A stretch of 64,000 nt of DNA, from assembly GCF_038025025.1 (NCBI RefSeq), contig NW_027117351.1, forward strand, positions 744,001-808,000, read 5' to 3'. Shown here in pieces: positions 24,999-36,966 of the stretch. This stretch comes from Phyllosticta citribraziliensis. Its lineage: Eukaryota. Numbering within the stretch: position 1 is the stretch's first letter; every line of letters starts with the position of its first letter. The translations under genes and the position numbers were made by a program. The notes below the pieces were generated by a model that saw only the letters and a program-made list of their open reading frames with translations, ran no database searches and had not been told where the DNA came from.

Positions 24999-25625
24999 CA
25001 AGGAGCATCCGTTAACTCACAGCTAGACGTGTCGTCCTAGGAGGCTCCATCGCCTGCTACTCTTCTCAATGGCTCAAGGAGCATTCGTCAGCGCACTACT
25101 GGATGTGTAGTCCTGGGAGGCTCCATCATCTACTATTTTACTCAGTAGCCCAGGAAGCATTCGTCAACTCACTACTAGGTGTAGTCCTGGGAGGCTCCAT
25201 CACCTGCTACTCTTTTCAGCGGCACAAGGAGCATTCGTCAACTCACTTCTGGATGTGTAGTCCTGGGAGGCTCCGTTACCTAGTGCTCTACTGAGACGCT
25301 CAAGGAGCATTCATGCTCTGATTTGAGTAGCGAAGCTCAAGGAGCAGCCGTACTCCGTTGCTGAGGGATAGCTTGAGGAGGATTCCGATTAGACTGCGCC
25401 GCGGCTTAAGGAGCGTTCGAACATCTACATCTAATCAGCTCAGGGAGCATCCTGACGACGTTACTACTGAGAAGCTCAGGGAGCATTCGGCCGTCAACGG
25501 CTGAGTTGCCGCCAAGGGAATTTCTACATGTCAGCAATGCAAGACACAGGAAGCGTTCATGTATTTGATGAGTGTACGACCGCAGAGCATCCAGCCGTCC
25601 GAGTAGGCACACAGGGAGGCTTCGA
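24999..25625 (+). repeat. Periodic array: four 74-76-bp units (each a dimer of ~38-bp monomers), then ~10 monomers of 31-37 bp with conserved CTCARGGAGCATTC core and variable spacers
   Basis: Cores start at 24999, 25075, 25151, 25225, 25301, 25338, 25374, 25407, 25441, 25477, 25513, 25547, 25581 and 25612. A mid-unit CTGGGAGGCTCC variant occurs in the 76-mers. Confidence 0.88.
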
Positions 25626-25726
25626 TGGCCTGCACAAGAGGCATAGAGGAATACTTCAAAACTTGGCCTGTTGCAGCATCTGCTCGAAGGTGGAGCCCGT
25701 AAAGTTTCATGACGGACTCTCCAGAC

Positions 25727-25865
25727 CTTTCGATGCTCGTTCGCTATCCTTTCGGTGCTCGTCCGCTGGCTGTCCGCTGGCTGTCCGCTGCTCTTTCGAT
25801 GCTCATTCGCTACTCCCATCCACTGCTCGTCCGCTGTTCGCTCGCTCGCTCCTCATCCGCTGTCC
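25727..25865 (+). repeat. Degenerate ~11-bp (GCTGTCCGCTG/GCTCGTTCGCT) low-complexity repeat
   Basis: Tandem ggctgtccgct units, plus two copies of ctttcgatgctc(g/a)ttcgcta at ~25727 and ~25793. Confidence 0.6.
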
Positions 25866-26371
25866 TTTCCATACGTGCACTTTGAGAATATTCACAAAAG
25901 GCTGACTGTTTCGCAGAGGATGTAAGGCATTCGTCAACCGGATCGCATAAGAAGCCTTCATCCCTGCAAGTGAACATGTGCGTGCGTTGAAAGTGTCCGG
26001 GATGCTTCTGTTCCGGATGATGGCAGAAGGAGGCTTGTCGTCTGGTCGCGAGAGTGCAGAAGGCCAAGGAGCGTTGGGAGCGGAGGCGATGACAGTGTGG
26101 CTGTGAGGGATGTGGTCGAAACAAAGTGGTCGTGGTACAGGCTAGCATGACGTCAGGTGCCTGCCGCCCAGTTCGATTGGCTGCACCACCCACGTCCCGG
26201 TCGTCTTTTGCCCGCACCTCCCCTCAGCCTTCTATAGGCGCTGACCTGTTGCTATACCTTGCGTCAACCTCGCTCGCCTCGCCCAAAAAACCTACTTATT
26301 TCACCAAATCCCACCGCTCCCCTTCTGCGCCCCGCTGCGCATCACCCACCTACCCGCTTCACATCGCCACC

Positions 26372-27828
26372 ATGCTCGAGTACTTTACCTACAAGAAGTT
26401 CAAAGAAAACCGCGACAAGAAGAAGGAAGCCGAATCGCCTGCGCACACGCCCAAGTCGCCCGGTCCTAGCGACCATGCGCACGACATTCCTGAGCCCCGA
26501 TCACCTATTCTCGATGACCGCGACGAGGCTTTCTTCGAGAGGGTAACGTCTGCTGGATACCAAGACCAAGAAGAGGAGACGCCACCTCCGCTGCCTGCAA
26601 GGCCTGGCACTGCCCAACATAGCTTGGAACATCCGAGAGCGAGATCCACAGAAGCAGAGAATGTTCCTCTCCCGCCGTCTCCTGCTGTCGATGACAGCAA
26701 GGCTTCCAAGGACAAAGCGCGCAGCTATTGGTCGTACGTCCAGGACTTGCCCAAGAGGGCCATGGTAAGTCTCATCCTACTCGGATTAATGCTTGCCTGG
26801 GTCTGACACCGTGCAGACAAAAAGACAGTCCAAGGCCGCAGGAGATACACTGGCGTCAGCCGCAGGCGCCGTCAAGAGAGGCGAAGGTGTTCCTCTCAAC
26901 CCAGACGGCACGCTCAACGAAACCGAGATCAACAAAGAGGAGCGCGATTTGACACAAGTCCTGGACCAGCTGAACCTTGCCGCCGTTAACAACCGCGTCT
27001 TCAGCTTCTCGGAAGAATCGCAGAACCTGCTCGAAAGATGGAAGCAGGTACTCCGCGACATCGTCTCTGGCGCTCCGCACGCGTACGAAGATCTCGAACA
27101 GTTCTTGACCGGCAGCGAGAAGCAGCTGGACAAGATGTACAACAGCCTGCCGCCGTTTGTGCAGAACTTGGTCAGGTCGTTGCCCGTCAAGATGGCCGCC
27201 ATGCTCGGACCCGAGGCTTTGGCTGCGGCCGAAGGCAAGCAGTTCGACTCGAAGAGGCTGGCTACTGAGGGCACCTCGAAAACGAAGCGACTTGGAAAGA
27301 AGGCGATGCGCATTCCTTCATTAAAAAGGCTCGTCACTGAGCAGGGTGCCATCGCCGCCATGCTCAAAAGCATTCTCAATTTCCTCAAGTTGAGGTTCCC
27401 GGCTGTCGTGTCCGGCACAAACGTCTTGATGAGCCTGGCAGTGTTCAGTGAGTTCGCCTCCTCGTTTTCCCAAGGGTTATCGCTGACATCGATCCACAGT
27501 CCTCCTCTTTGTGGTGTGGTACTGCCACAAGCGCGGCCGCGAAGTGCGTCTTGAGCAAGAGGCTGCCAGACAGGGGTCGCAGTCATCGCTCGAAAAGAGT
27601 GCCTCTGAATTCGAGGACGACGACATCATCTTGGAGCCCATCCGCCCCACCAGCATCGAAGAGCCAGATGGCCCTATCCGCCAGTCCACCGAGCCGCCAA
27701 TCCACATCCACACCGATCCCGCGGCGCCAGACAAGCCGAGTGCGGACGTGAGGGACTTGCCTTCGGTGCTCCATTTGCCTGAACCGGGCAGCAACCCCAA
27801 GGACGGCGGAAAGGAAAGAAGCTCTTGA
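26372..27828 (+). CDS. Conserved fungal hypothetical protein with one C-terminal TM helix; 3 exons
   Basis: ATG 26372 (MLEYFTYKKFKE). Introns 26765-26816 and 27448-27499 (GT..CTGAC..CAG) join the three ORF pieces in frame. Conserved-looking blocks DLTQVLDQLNLAAVNNRVFSFSEES and LAVFILLFVVWYCHKRGRE. Confidence 0.8.
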
Positions 27829-28290
27829 TGAGGGAGATGGATATTACAGAAATATGATACCCACGATTGCGATGATGGATTCTGCGTTTGGGCTTCGGCG
27901 TTGCGTGGAGATTAGGCAGCAAGATTGATCGGACCTGCGATTGCAAATACAGGAGCGGTCGTAGTTTGAGACGGAGTGTTTCCGCGGTACTTTTTTGTAA
28001 TGACCTAATACCACTCCGCTTCTTTCGCGAAACAACTGCGAAGTGTGCCGATCATCAACTAAGAAGTGAGAGCGCCGGTGTTGTTCATTGAAATGTCTAG
28101 GGAAGCTTCATACCCTCATATGCCTCTCCTTGTGATCTCCAAGATCGAGAAAATGTTCAACAAAACGCCCGCTCGCTGGTCATGGTTCATCGTAGACTCA
28201 TACGCCATAGATAATTCGGAAAGCAAAGCGTTCAAATGCCCGAAATCCATGCGGTTACACGGCTCGCACAAGGAGCAACTCATCAATCAA

Positions 28291-29769
28291 TCAAAGCTTG
28301 AAATCGGCGGCCTGGCGCTCCCAGCCCATGGCACTCGGCTCCATGGCTGCCACCTTTTCTACCAATTCGAACTTGCGGTCGCGGGCTCGCTCGGTGCACA
28401 GCTCGAATATCGTGCTCAGGTTGAACGTCAGGGCGTGGAATGCGACGCCCGAGTCTTGGGCCTCGTCGATGACGCGCTCCAGGGCGTCTCGGGCGTCTGT
28501 GATGCGCCCCACGTAAAGCAGGCACACGGCTCGGTTCTGTGCGACCATGTGGTCTGTGGGGGTTTGGGCGGCAAGTGCTTCCCACACGGTGAGTGCAGAC
28601 GGGTAGTCTCCGTCGGCCATGGCGATGAGCGCGTTCAGAGGGTCAACAGGCGGGGCGGCGTCCGCGGTCGATGGCGTTGGGGGAGATGGCAACAGGGAGT
28701 CTGCGACACTGCGCTTGGCTGCGTCTACATCGCCCACACGTAGCCACGTTAGCGCCTCCATTGTCCTCAGACGGGATTGTTCTGGTGTGCGCGGCGTGGG
28801 TTCAGCCTCGTCGGCGTCCTTGCTACCCTCTGTGAGACCCAGCGTGGTCAGGTGTCGCGCAGCGCCTTCACACTCGCCCATTTCGATCAGGGCATTGGCT
28901 ACTCTGATACCAAGCTCCAGCAGCCTGCTCTTCCACATCTGCTTCGACTCGGTGTTTTGGGCCCTGATGGCTTCGAGCCTAGCCTCGCGTGCCAACTCAT
29001 AGTAGCCCATGACTCCGCGCCGCCAGTCTCCGTAGCCCAGTCCCATCAGGCGGACAGCTAGTACTCGGAGCTCCCATGGCACCAGATGGGCACCGGTCAA
29101 TGGGTGTCGATAGAAGGCGCTGCTAAGGTCGCCAAGGGGCTTTGCTTCGGCGGCGGCGAGAGCATGTTGGTTCAGTAGTGATAGACACGCGAGGCGAACG
29201 TAGAGTAGTTCGAATATTTTGTCGTGGTCTGATGGCAGAGTCTCCTTCAGCAAGGCGTTTGCTGCGGCGGAAGCAGCCAGGCGGTAATGTCCCTTGGCGA
29301 GGAGGTCGGGAAGGGGAGTTGACGGATGCGGTTGATGTGGACTGGAGAGGAAGGGTTGCGGAATAGTTTGCGGCGGCAATGGATGGAAATTGCCAGGATG
29401 CAAAAGGTGGGAAAAGTCCTTTTCGAGATTGGCAGGAGGGGTCGTGAGGGAGGCGGCGGGAGAGGTTGCCCTGAGGGAGGGTTGCGGGGAGCGTGCAGCG
29501 GCAGCGGAGGGAGATGGGGCTGGTGCGTCTGAGAGCGGACTGGGCAAAAGTAAGCACAAGCGCAATAGATTGGACGTGATTGGCTTGGAATACTTGAAGT
29601 CGGCGTCGAGCGGACCTTTGGTGGATCGTCTGGTCACCACTGCAGGGGCTGGTCGTCAGCGCTTCTGGAGCTCGTGGGGGGGCAGCATGGGAAAAGTACC
29701 GCGTCGGCGCTCGTCGGCAGACGGTCCACGGGCATGTCCTCTGGGGGGAGCAGGCGACGACGAAGACAT
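28291..29769 (-). CDS. TPR-repeat protein, TRAPP complex subunit 12 (TRAPPC12)-like; 2 exons
   Basis: ATG 29769, intron 29699-29640. Motifs VPWELRVLAVRL and QNRAVCLLYVGRITDARDALE...FNLSTIFELC are typical of the TRAPPC12 family. Confidence 0.75.
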
Positions 29770-30112
29770 GACGATCGCGGGGAATAAATGGTGGATGACG
29801 TTGGGGGGGAAGCGGTGGTGATGGTGTTGAAGGGACGGAGATAGAGGGGACATGGGTGGAGTTTAGCGAGAGTCCGACATCGGCGACCAATGGATGGTCG
29901 GTCACTTTTTGCGTCTTGTTGCCGACGGCTAAGGCACGAGGGACAATACAACCATCCAACCCAAGTGACTCAGTCAACACCAAGCATTCCCCTCTTTCCA
30001 AAGTCTTTTTTTTGCCAGTCGCCCGCCAGTCCTCCCTCGTCCATTCCCCCCCCTTCCTGACCTCTCGCTCCTCGTCGCCTCTCCAGCCCTCGGGGCCCCA
30101 TCTCCACTCACA

Positions 30113-32310
30113 ATGCTCAAGGCACGTTCGTCGCGCGGCGCCTTCAAGTGCCTCAATGCCGCTGTCTCTCGCCCTCGCCCTTTCTCCACCTCTGCTGCGC
30201 GACCCGCCGTCTCGCCCTACCGCGCCTCCAGCCACGCCGCCCAGGCAAAGCCCGTCGTCAAAGACTCTGCAAAACGCACCCAGAGCACCGCCGCCGCCGT
30301 CCAGAATGAAAGGCCCGTGCCGAGTCCCGCCTTCAACGCCGACGAGCAGCCAAAGCTGGGCGCTTCGCGCACCCAGCCGCAAATGGACCACTCGTTCGTG
30401 GGCAAAAAGGGTGGAGAGATCTTCCACGACATGATGTTGAGACATGGAGTCAAGCATATTTGTACGTGCGCCGACTCCCCCGTGGGGTTTCTTTTGTGTG
30501 CGAGCACCACCTAATGACATGACTCAGTTGGATACCCAGGAGGCGCAATCCTTCCCGTCTTCGATGCCATTTACAACTCGAAACACTTCGACTTCATTCT
30601 CCCTAGACATGAGCAGGGTGCTGGCCACATGGCCGAGGGCTACGCCAGAGCCTCTGGCTTGCCTGGTGTCGTCCTCGTCACTTCTGGCCCCGGCGCCACC
30701 AACGTTATAACTCCCTTGCAAGACGCCTTGATGGACGGCACTCCCATGGTCGTCTTTTGCGGCCAGGTCCCTACCTCTGCCATTGGCTCCGATGCCTTCC
30801 AAGAGGCCGACACTGTCGGCATTTCAAGAGCATGCACAAAGTGGAATGTCATGGTCAAGAACATTGCCGAACTTCCCAGGCGTATCAACGAGGCATTCGA
30901 GATTGCCACGACTGGAAGACCGGGTCCTGTTCTTGTTGATCTCCCCAAGGACGTCACCGGTGGAACCCTGAACAGGCCAATTCCCGTGATCAGCACCCTG
31001 CCCACTCACCCGAGCGCCGCCAGCTTGGCTGCCCGTGAGCTGAGCAGGAAGCAGCTCGAGGGATCCATCCAGCGGACCGCGGATTTGATCAACATGGCCA
31101 AAAAGCCCGTCATCTACGCTGGTCAGGGTATTGTCAACAGCCCGCAAGGTCCTGAACTCCTCAAGCAGCTTGCGGACAAGGCCAGCATTCCTGTCACCAC
31201 CACTCTCCAGGGTCTTGGAGGTTTTGACGAGTTTGACGACAAGTCCCTTCACATGCTCGGCATGCACGGTTCTGCCTACGCCAACATGGCCATGCAGGAG
31301 GCAGACCTTATCCTTGCCCTTGGTGCACGTTTCGATGACCGCATCACTGGCCATGTGGCTCGCTTCGCTCCTGCTGCGCGTGCTGCTGCCGCTGAAGGTC
31401 GCGGTGGTATCGTGCACTTTGAAATCATGCCCAAGAACATCAACAAGGTCGTACAGGCGACTGAGGCCGTCGAAGGTGATGTCGCCATGAACCTTGCGAC
31501 CCTGATCCCTCAGCTCAACGAGGTCAAGGAGCGCCCCGAGTGGTTTGAGCAGATCAACGACTGGAAGCAGCGTTTCCCTTGGGCATTCGAGAGGGAAAGC
31601 ACCAATGGCATGATCAAGCCGCAAATCGTCATGGAGAAGGTCAGCGAGTTGACCAAGTCGATCCGCGACAAGACCATCATCGCGACGGGTGTCGGTCAAC
31701 ATCAAATGTGGGCGGCTCAGCACTTCCGCTGGACGCACCCGCGCACCATGATCACGTCGGGTGGAGCAGGCACCATGGGTTTTGGTTTGCCCGCCGCCAT
31801 TGGAGCCAAGGTCGCACGCCCGGAAGCTCTTGTCATTGACATTGACGGTGATGCTTCCTTCAGCATGACCCTCACTGAGCTCAGCACTGCTGCAGAGTTC
31901 AACATTGGTGTCAAGATCATCATCCTGAACAACGAGGAGCAGGGCATGGTCACGCAGTGGCAGTCCCTCTTCTTCCAAGACCGCTTCTCGCACACCCACC
32001 AAAAGAACGCCGACTTCGTCAAACTTGGCGATGCCATGGGTGTCAAGGCTGACCGTGTTGTGAAGCCTGAGGAGCTCGAGGCCAAGTTGAAGTGGCTCAT
32101 TGAGACGGATGGACCGGCTCTCCTCGAGGTCGTTACTGACCAGAAGGTGCCCGTCTTGCCCATGGTGCCTGCGGGAAGCGCCCTCCACGAATTCCTTGTG
32201 TACGATGCCGGTAAGTGATTTTGCCCCTGTTATTCCAGGCCAGATTTTGACAGTTTTCAGACAAGGAGAAGGCACGCAGAGAGCAAACCCGCCGCCGTTC
32301 CGGCAGGTAA
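30113..32310 (+). CDS. ILV2: Acetolactate (acetohydroxyacid) synthase catalytic subunit, mitochondrial; 3 exons
   Basis: Arg/Ser-rich presequence. Introns 30462-30527 and 32211-32260. Motifs FGYPGGAIL, RHEQGAGHMAEGYAR, GQVPTSAIGSDAFQE, and the ThDP motif GDASF...NN. Confidence 0.97.
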
Positions 32311-32988
32311 TGGCATCTTAATGAACTGGCGATCCAACATCGTGTTTGGTCAAACGGGAGGCTTGTTGAGGTGACATGAAAAAAATTCCTTGACTTTATT
32401 TGGAGGCTGAAAAGACATCTATTGAGGATTGTGCACGGCGATTCAGCCACACGGAGGTGCCGTTTTATTTCTCGCTTTGTATCTTTCTCTGGTCTCTTTT
32501 TGCGCGGGTTTCCCCCTCTCGCAGGCGTTTTCTTTCCGCTGTCCATGTTTTTGAGGGTTGCGACATGAGCGTCTGCACCGGATTCTGGTGGGGTTGAAGC
32601 TTTGCTTGGTTGACGAGTTACTGGAGGGCTCTCATCAAGGGCATGCTGGATGGGTTCTTCAACAAGGTGGGATATGAAAAGTTGTCAATACAGAGACGAG
32701 CAGTGCGCCCGTCCAATGTTGGATAAATGACTCAAAAGAAGGTACGAGATTGACGCAACAACCCTCTCAAGCAGTGCCCTGCCAAGTGACTCCAGTTGCT
32801 TGTCCAGGTCGTCATACCGCGCTCGATTGAACGCTTCCACGGGTGTTTCAATCCTCTGTGCCTCCCACCCTCGCTCTTGTAATGACCGCAGAAACTTTTG
32901 AGTATGATTGGAATGGTTGATCGTTCACGACACAGGTTTGACAGGTGTCAAAGATAAGCAAGATTTTCACCTGAGGCAGAAGAAAAAA

Positions 32989-35900
32989 TCACGGCACATT
33001 ATTATCCCACAAGCTCCGAACAGTCACGCCGTCAACCCAGCCACCACCCGTGGTGTCGTTCTTGACAGTGTAACCCACCACCTTGCTCTGCCCAGGAAGC
33101 AGTAAAAAGGCATTTTGGTCAAAGTACAGAACAGCGCCTTCGGGGTAATCGAGCCACACCCAGGCTGCCACGCCCTTGGTCGCCGTGACGGTAAACTTTT
33201 GCGTGTCGGCAGAGTGACTCAACTCCAGGCCCGGATCAACCAGTTTGGCTTTGGCCAACGAGGTGGGATGGAACCAGTTCTCGTGAGTGAACGTTTGCTG
33301 TTGGTCGCTGTTGGGCAGTTTTCCCTCAGCCGACGCGTTGGCGACGAGGATGACGTTTTCTGGGTCGAAGCCGTTGAGGATGTCCTTTGTGTTTGCTTTG
33401 AGCACCAGCGTAGTGTTGATGGCACCGACGCTGAACTCGGCCGAGGTGGGCGTGTCAATATCGAGCTTCTTTCCAGACCAGTCATACCATGCGAAGTTGG
33501 CCGTGCCGGAAACGTCTGACCAGAGGTCGGACGTCACGTAGACTTCCAGCTCGCCAGTGGTGCGGTTGAAGAAGGGAGAAATGATGACCGGCTGGTAGAT
33601 GTCTCTTGCGACGTACTGGAAACAGTCAGTCGGGAATTGGGCAACAACAAGCCTTGGTTGGCACACTTACGTGGAGAACTTTCCACCTCCCATCGTACTC
33701 GATCCCGGCCCACGTCGGCGTCTGCCAGATATCCTCGAGTTGCCAGTACAGACAGCCAAGTTGCCTCTCAGACATGCCGCTGCCCCGGCGGTAGAACATG
33801 ATCTGGCTCTGGTAGAAATCCGCTTGGAAAATCTGAGTCGTGTGGCACCAGGCAGAGAAGTTTGCGACCGAGTCTTGTTTGTCCGGGACCGGATACCATC
33901 GTTGAGCGGCAACAGTCATTTCGCCCATCCCCTTGGTGGTGTTTTCGAAGTTGGATGTGTTGAGGCCTCCCGGCGGATAGTGGCGATTGCGCAATTGTAT
34001 TACTGTTGAGTTGAAGTATAAGTCTTCTGGCGAGATGGCCTGGCGCCAACTCTGCAACGAGGGCATCGAGTGGTATCCGAATTCGTTAGAAAACCTTCCT
34101 ACAGGGTAGGAACTGAAGTTGAATGCCAGGGCAGAGTTGTAGTTGTAGTAATCCGTTTCGCCGTAGATGGAACCGGGCGTCTTGTTTTCATATCTTTCAA
34201 CGAGGGGCACTGGTAGACTGAAATCGAGTTCAAGATATCCGTTGCTTGTTGAGCTGGGAGCATATGAGATGCTCTTCGAGTTCCCAAAGACGATTGGGAC
34301 CAGCGTTTCGAGGAAGAGCTTCTCATACTCGGCCACCAGTCTGTCGTACTGGTCTGGCGCAGTTTTCTCGACAATGGATAGCTCCAGATTCTCCAACTCG
34401 TTACCTCCAGCCCAAAATGCTAGCGAAGGATGGTGGTTGACCCTGCGGACTTGGTACGTTGCTTCTTCGCTGACATTGTCCAGAAACTCCCGGTCCACAG
34501 GGTAAAGAGCGTCACCAAACTCGAATTCACTCCACAATAGAATCCCGAGTTCATCAGCAATGTCGTACATGAAGTCAGGCGAGTATGCACCCGATGACCA
34601 TACTCTGAGCATATTTTGATTTCCGGCTACGACCGCTTCGAACAGGTCACGGATTCGCGCCTCGGTCACGCGCACCCAGAACGCATCTGGTGGAATAAAG
34701 TTGGAGCCCTTTGCATAGAACTCGTGGCCGTTGATTTCAAAGTGCCAGTTGTTGCCCGGTGCAATACCCTGGGCGAGCTGCTGGGCTGTGATGACCCCTT
34801 CGTTGAGCACTATCGTCCGAAATCCGACACGCTTTGCGAGAGAGACGATCGTTTTATTCCCCGAGTCCACAATTTCGAGCTCAAGTCGGTAAAGCGTCTG
34901 GGGACCCAGTCCGTTCGGCCACCACAGCTGCACGCTCTCGGATGGAATGATGGCTGCTCCGGTGATGACGCCTTGTCCAGTTGTGATGTTGGTCAATGAT
35001 CCACTGGAGACGGTGGAGTTGTCGGCGTCCAGAAGGCGATAGTTGATCCCGCGATTCGACCCGGACTGGCCCAGATAGTCCACACTTGCATTTAAGACCC
35101 ACGGCTGCTCCTGGTCCGGCGGCAGATTATTCAATTGGCCCAGTCGGTAAATATCCACGAGTGAATTGCGAACGTAGATTTCTTCGACACCCAACTCGAC
35201 AACAGAAGCGGGAAGCCATGGGCCAGCAGGGGCAAAAGCCGGTCCCTGAACGCAGTCAACTTTTTGATCATACAGAAGCGGGGATATGTTACCCAATCCC
35301 AACCGAAGTCGCTCTGCTCTTTCCTGATGAACTGCCTATTTGGGAATTCGTAGACCATTTCCACTCCATACGGCCATGTTTCTTGACCCGGCTGTGCAGC
35401 GATTTCATTGGCGATTTCAGGCGCGCTTCCAAAGTTAAGGCTCAATACAGGATCTTCCGCGCAGGTTTCCAGTATGTTGGTCACGTCGAAATAGTATTGT
35501 CGGAATTGGTTGTTTGTGGAGGCCACGTGCTTCCCGCAAAGCTCGATGGTGGAAAATGTGTCAAGTCCATTAAAGACAAGATAGGTGGAGGCAGCGTCTT
35601 TGTTCCTGCGTCAGATGTCAATGGGCCAGAGTCTTCGTTGCGTGGGCTTGCTGTCGTGAAACAAGCAGCCGCAGTTTTTGTGCAAAGTTCAGCATGCGAC
35701 TGGTCTAACAATCCCACGAGAAGCACTCTAATGCTCTTCGTCCGTTTTTTGGTGCACTTCAGACTCTGAAAATGCCGAGCTTAACCTCCGCCCACATGCT
35801 GTCCGCCGCTATTTTGTCACTGGGTTGAAGGGAACAGTTTGAAAACTAGCAAACGAAACAGGAACCAAACAAGGACCAAACAGGAAACGGATCAGTCACT

Positions 35901-36172
35901 TACAGTGAGATGAGTGGTGCTGAAGTATATGTCCAGTTTGACCAGGCGACCCATCGCAAATTGAAGTCGTTCAAGCCAAAGTAAGGGTCTCCAATGACCT
36001 GAGCAGCAAACAGCTCAACATGTGCTTGCGAGGGTAATTTTGCAGGAACAGATATGTTCAACAGAGGATTTGACAGCGTCCAGTCCGAGCCAGATAATTC
36101 AATGACTCGACATGACGATGGAACTACGGCAACAGTCAGCGCGATGACGGCCTGAGGGGTCCAGCGGCGCAT
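32989..36172 (-). CDS. Secreted GH2 beta-mannosidase (MndA-like); 4 exons
   Basis: Signal-peptide-like N-terminus. Introns 35903-35606, 35292-35246 and 33670-33616. Motifs [52 protein letters not shown] and RFSNEFG. Confidence 0.93.
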
Positions 36173-36870
36173 GATCCGCGACGAGAGTGGTTCAAAACAG
36201 CAAGAGGAAATTCCAAGATCAACAAGACCCGTAAAGATGGTCAAGGCGACAGCCAAGCAAGCCTTGTACTTAAAAGCATTCATGGCAGAGGGCTTTTCCA
36301 CAAAAGCGACCGTTACATTCGCTCAAGGCGAGCGGGTAAAAGCAGTGGAAGCACGTAAAGATGGAGACGGAGGCAAGGGTTCCGTGAGGGGCACAAGGGA
36401 TGGCGAACGAGTGGAGTGAGGGGTAAGGTGAGTTTCCGTCGTGCCCGTTGTTGGCGCCGTTTTGGTGCATAGAGCGTGGCAACATAACCGCAATTGGCAT
36501 CCTGTCAGGTACCGTTGGACAGGCGGTGGAATGGTCCCAGTCCCCTCACTCAGAGGAGCTCGAGTGCTTGCTGTCATCCCCGGCACGAGCATGGATGCTG
36601 CCGAAGAGAAGTTGCCCGATTCGTGCGTCTGCGGCACTTGTCAACCGGTTTTCAGTTTGACGGCACGTCAAGCGAGTCCTAATTCTCACGACATTTGTCA
36701 GTGGTGTCGTATTTTGGCGGGGTAAAAGAGATGCTACACAGAGAATGGGACCCACCATCACTTGATTACCTACCCTGCAGGTTTGTTTCCCCGCCGTCTT
36801 TCCACGCTTCCAGAAGTTGTTCATCCACTGATGAGTCAAAAGAGTCGTTGAAAAGTGCAAAAAAGATCGT

Positions 36871-36966
36871 TGGACAAGTTGGGGATTGAACCCAAGACCT
36901 CCCGCATCCTTGCGTATTTGAAGGATTTCATGCAAAGCGGGCGCTCTGCCACTGAGCTACATGCCC
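36871..36966 (-). tRNA. tRNA-Ala(TGC) with 24-nt canonical intron
   Basis: GGGCATGTAGCTCAGTGGCAGAGCGCCCGCTT-TGC-A[intron]TGCGGGAGGTCTTGGGTTCAATCCCCAACTTGTCCA. It has the G3:U70 Ala identity pair, A and B boxes, a GCAA in the intron complementary to the anticodon, and a T6 Pol III terminator downstream. Confidence 0.96.

Noticed and set aside
24999..25625. CRISPR array (or TIGR-like guide array) call
   Set aside because: Eukaryotic context, no cas or Nop-domain gene nearby, cores are short and degenerate, and proximal 'spacers' are copies of each other. Reported as an unexplained periodic array instead.
25103..25819. Short ORFs over the repeat array
   Set aside because: The repeat periods are mostly not multiples of three and the frames shift between units; not a coding repeat.
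29123..30520. 465-aa minus-strand ORF
   Set aside because: Spans the ILV2 antisense strand, the promoter and an alternative frame of the TRAPPC12-like gene; no domain signal.
30824..32275. 483-aa minus-strand ORF
   Set aside because: Antisense shadow of ILV2.
30113..32310. ILV2 as a self-resistance gene for the NRPS cluster
   Set aside because: It looks like the ordinary housekeeping copy (GQVP, DAFQE, RFDDR and MVTQWQ intact), and the NRPS is a siderophore type.
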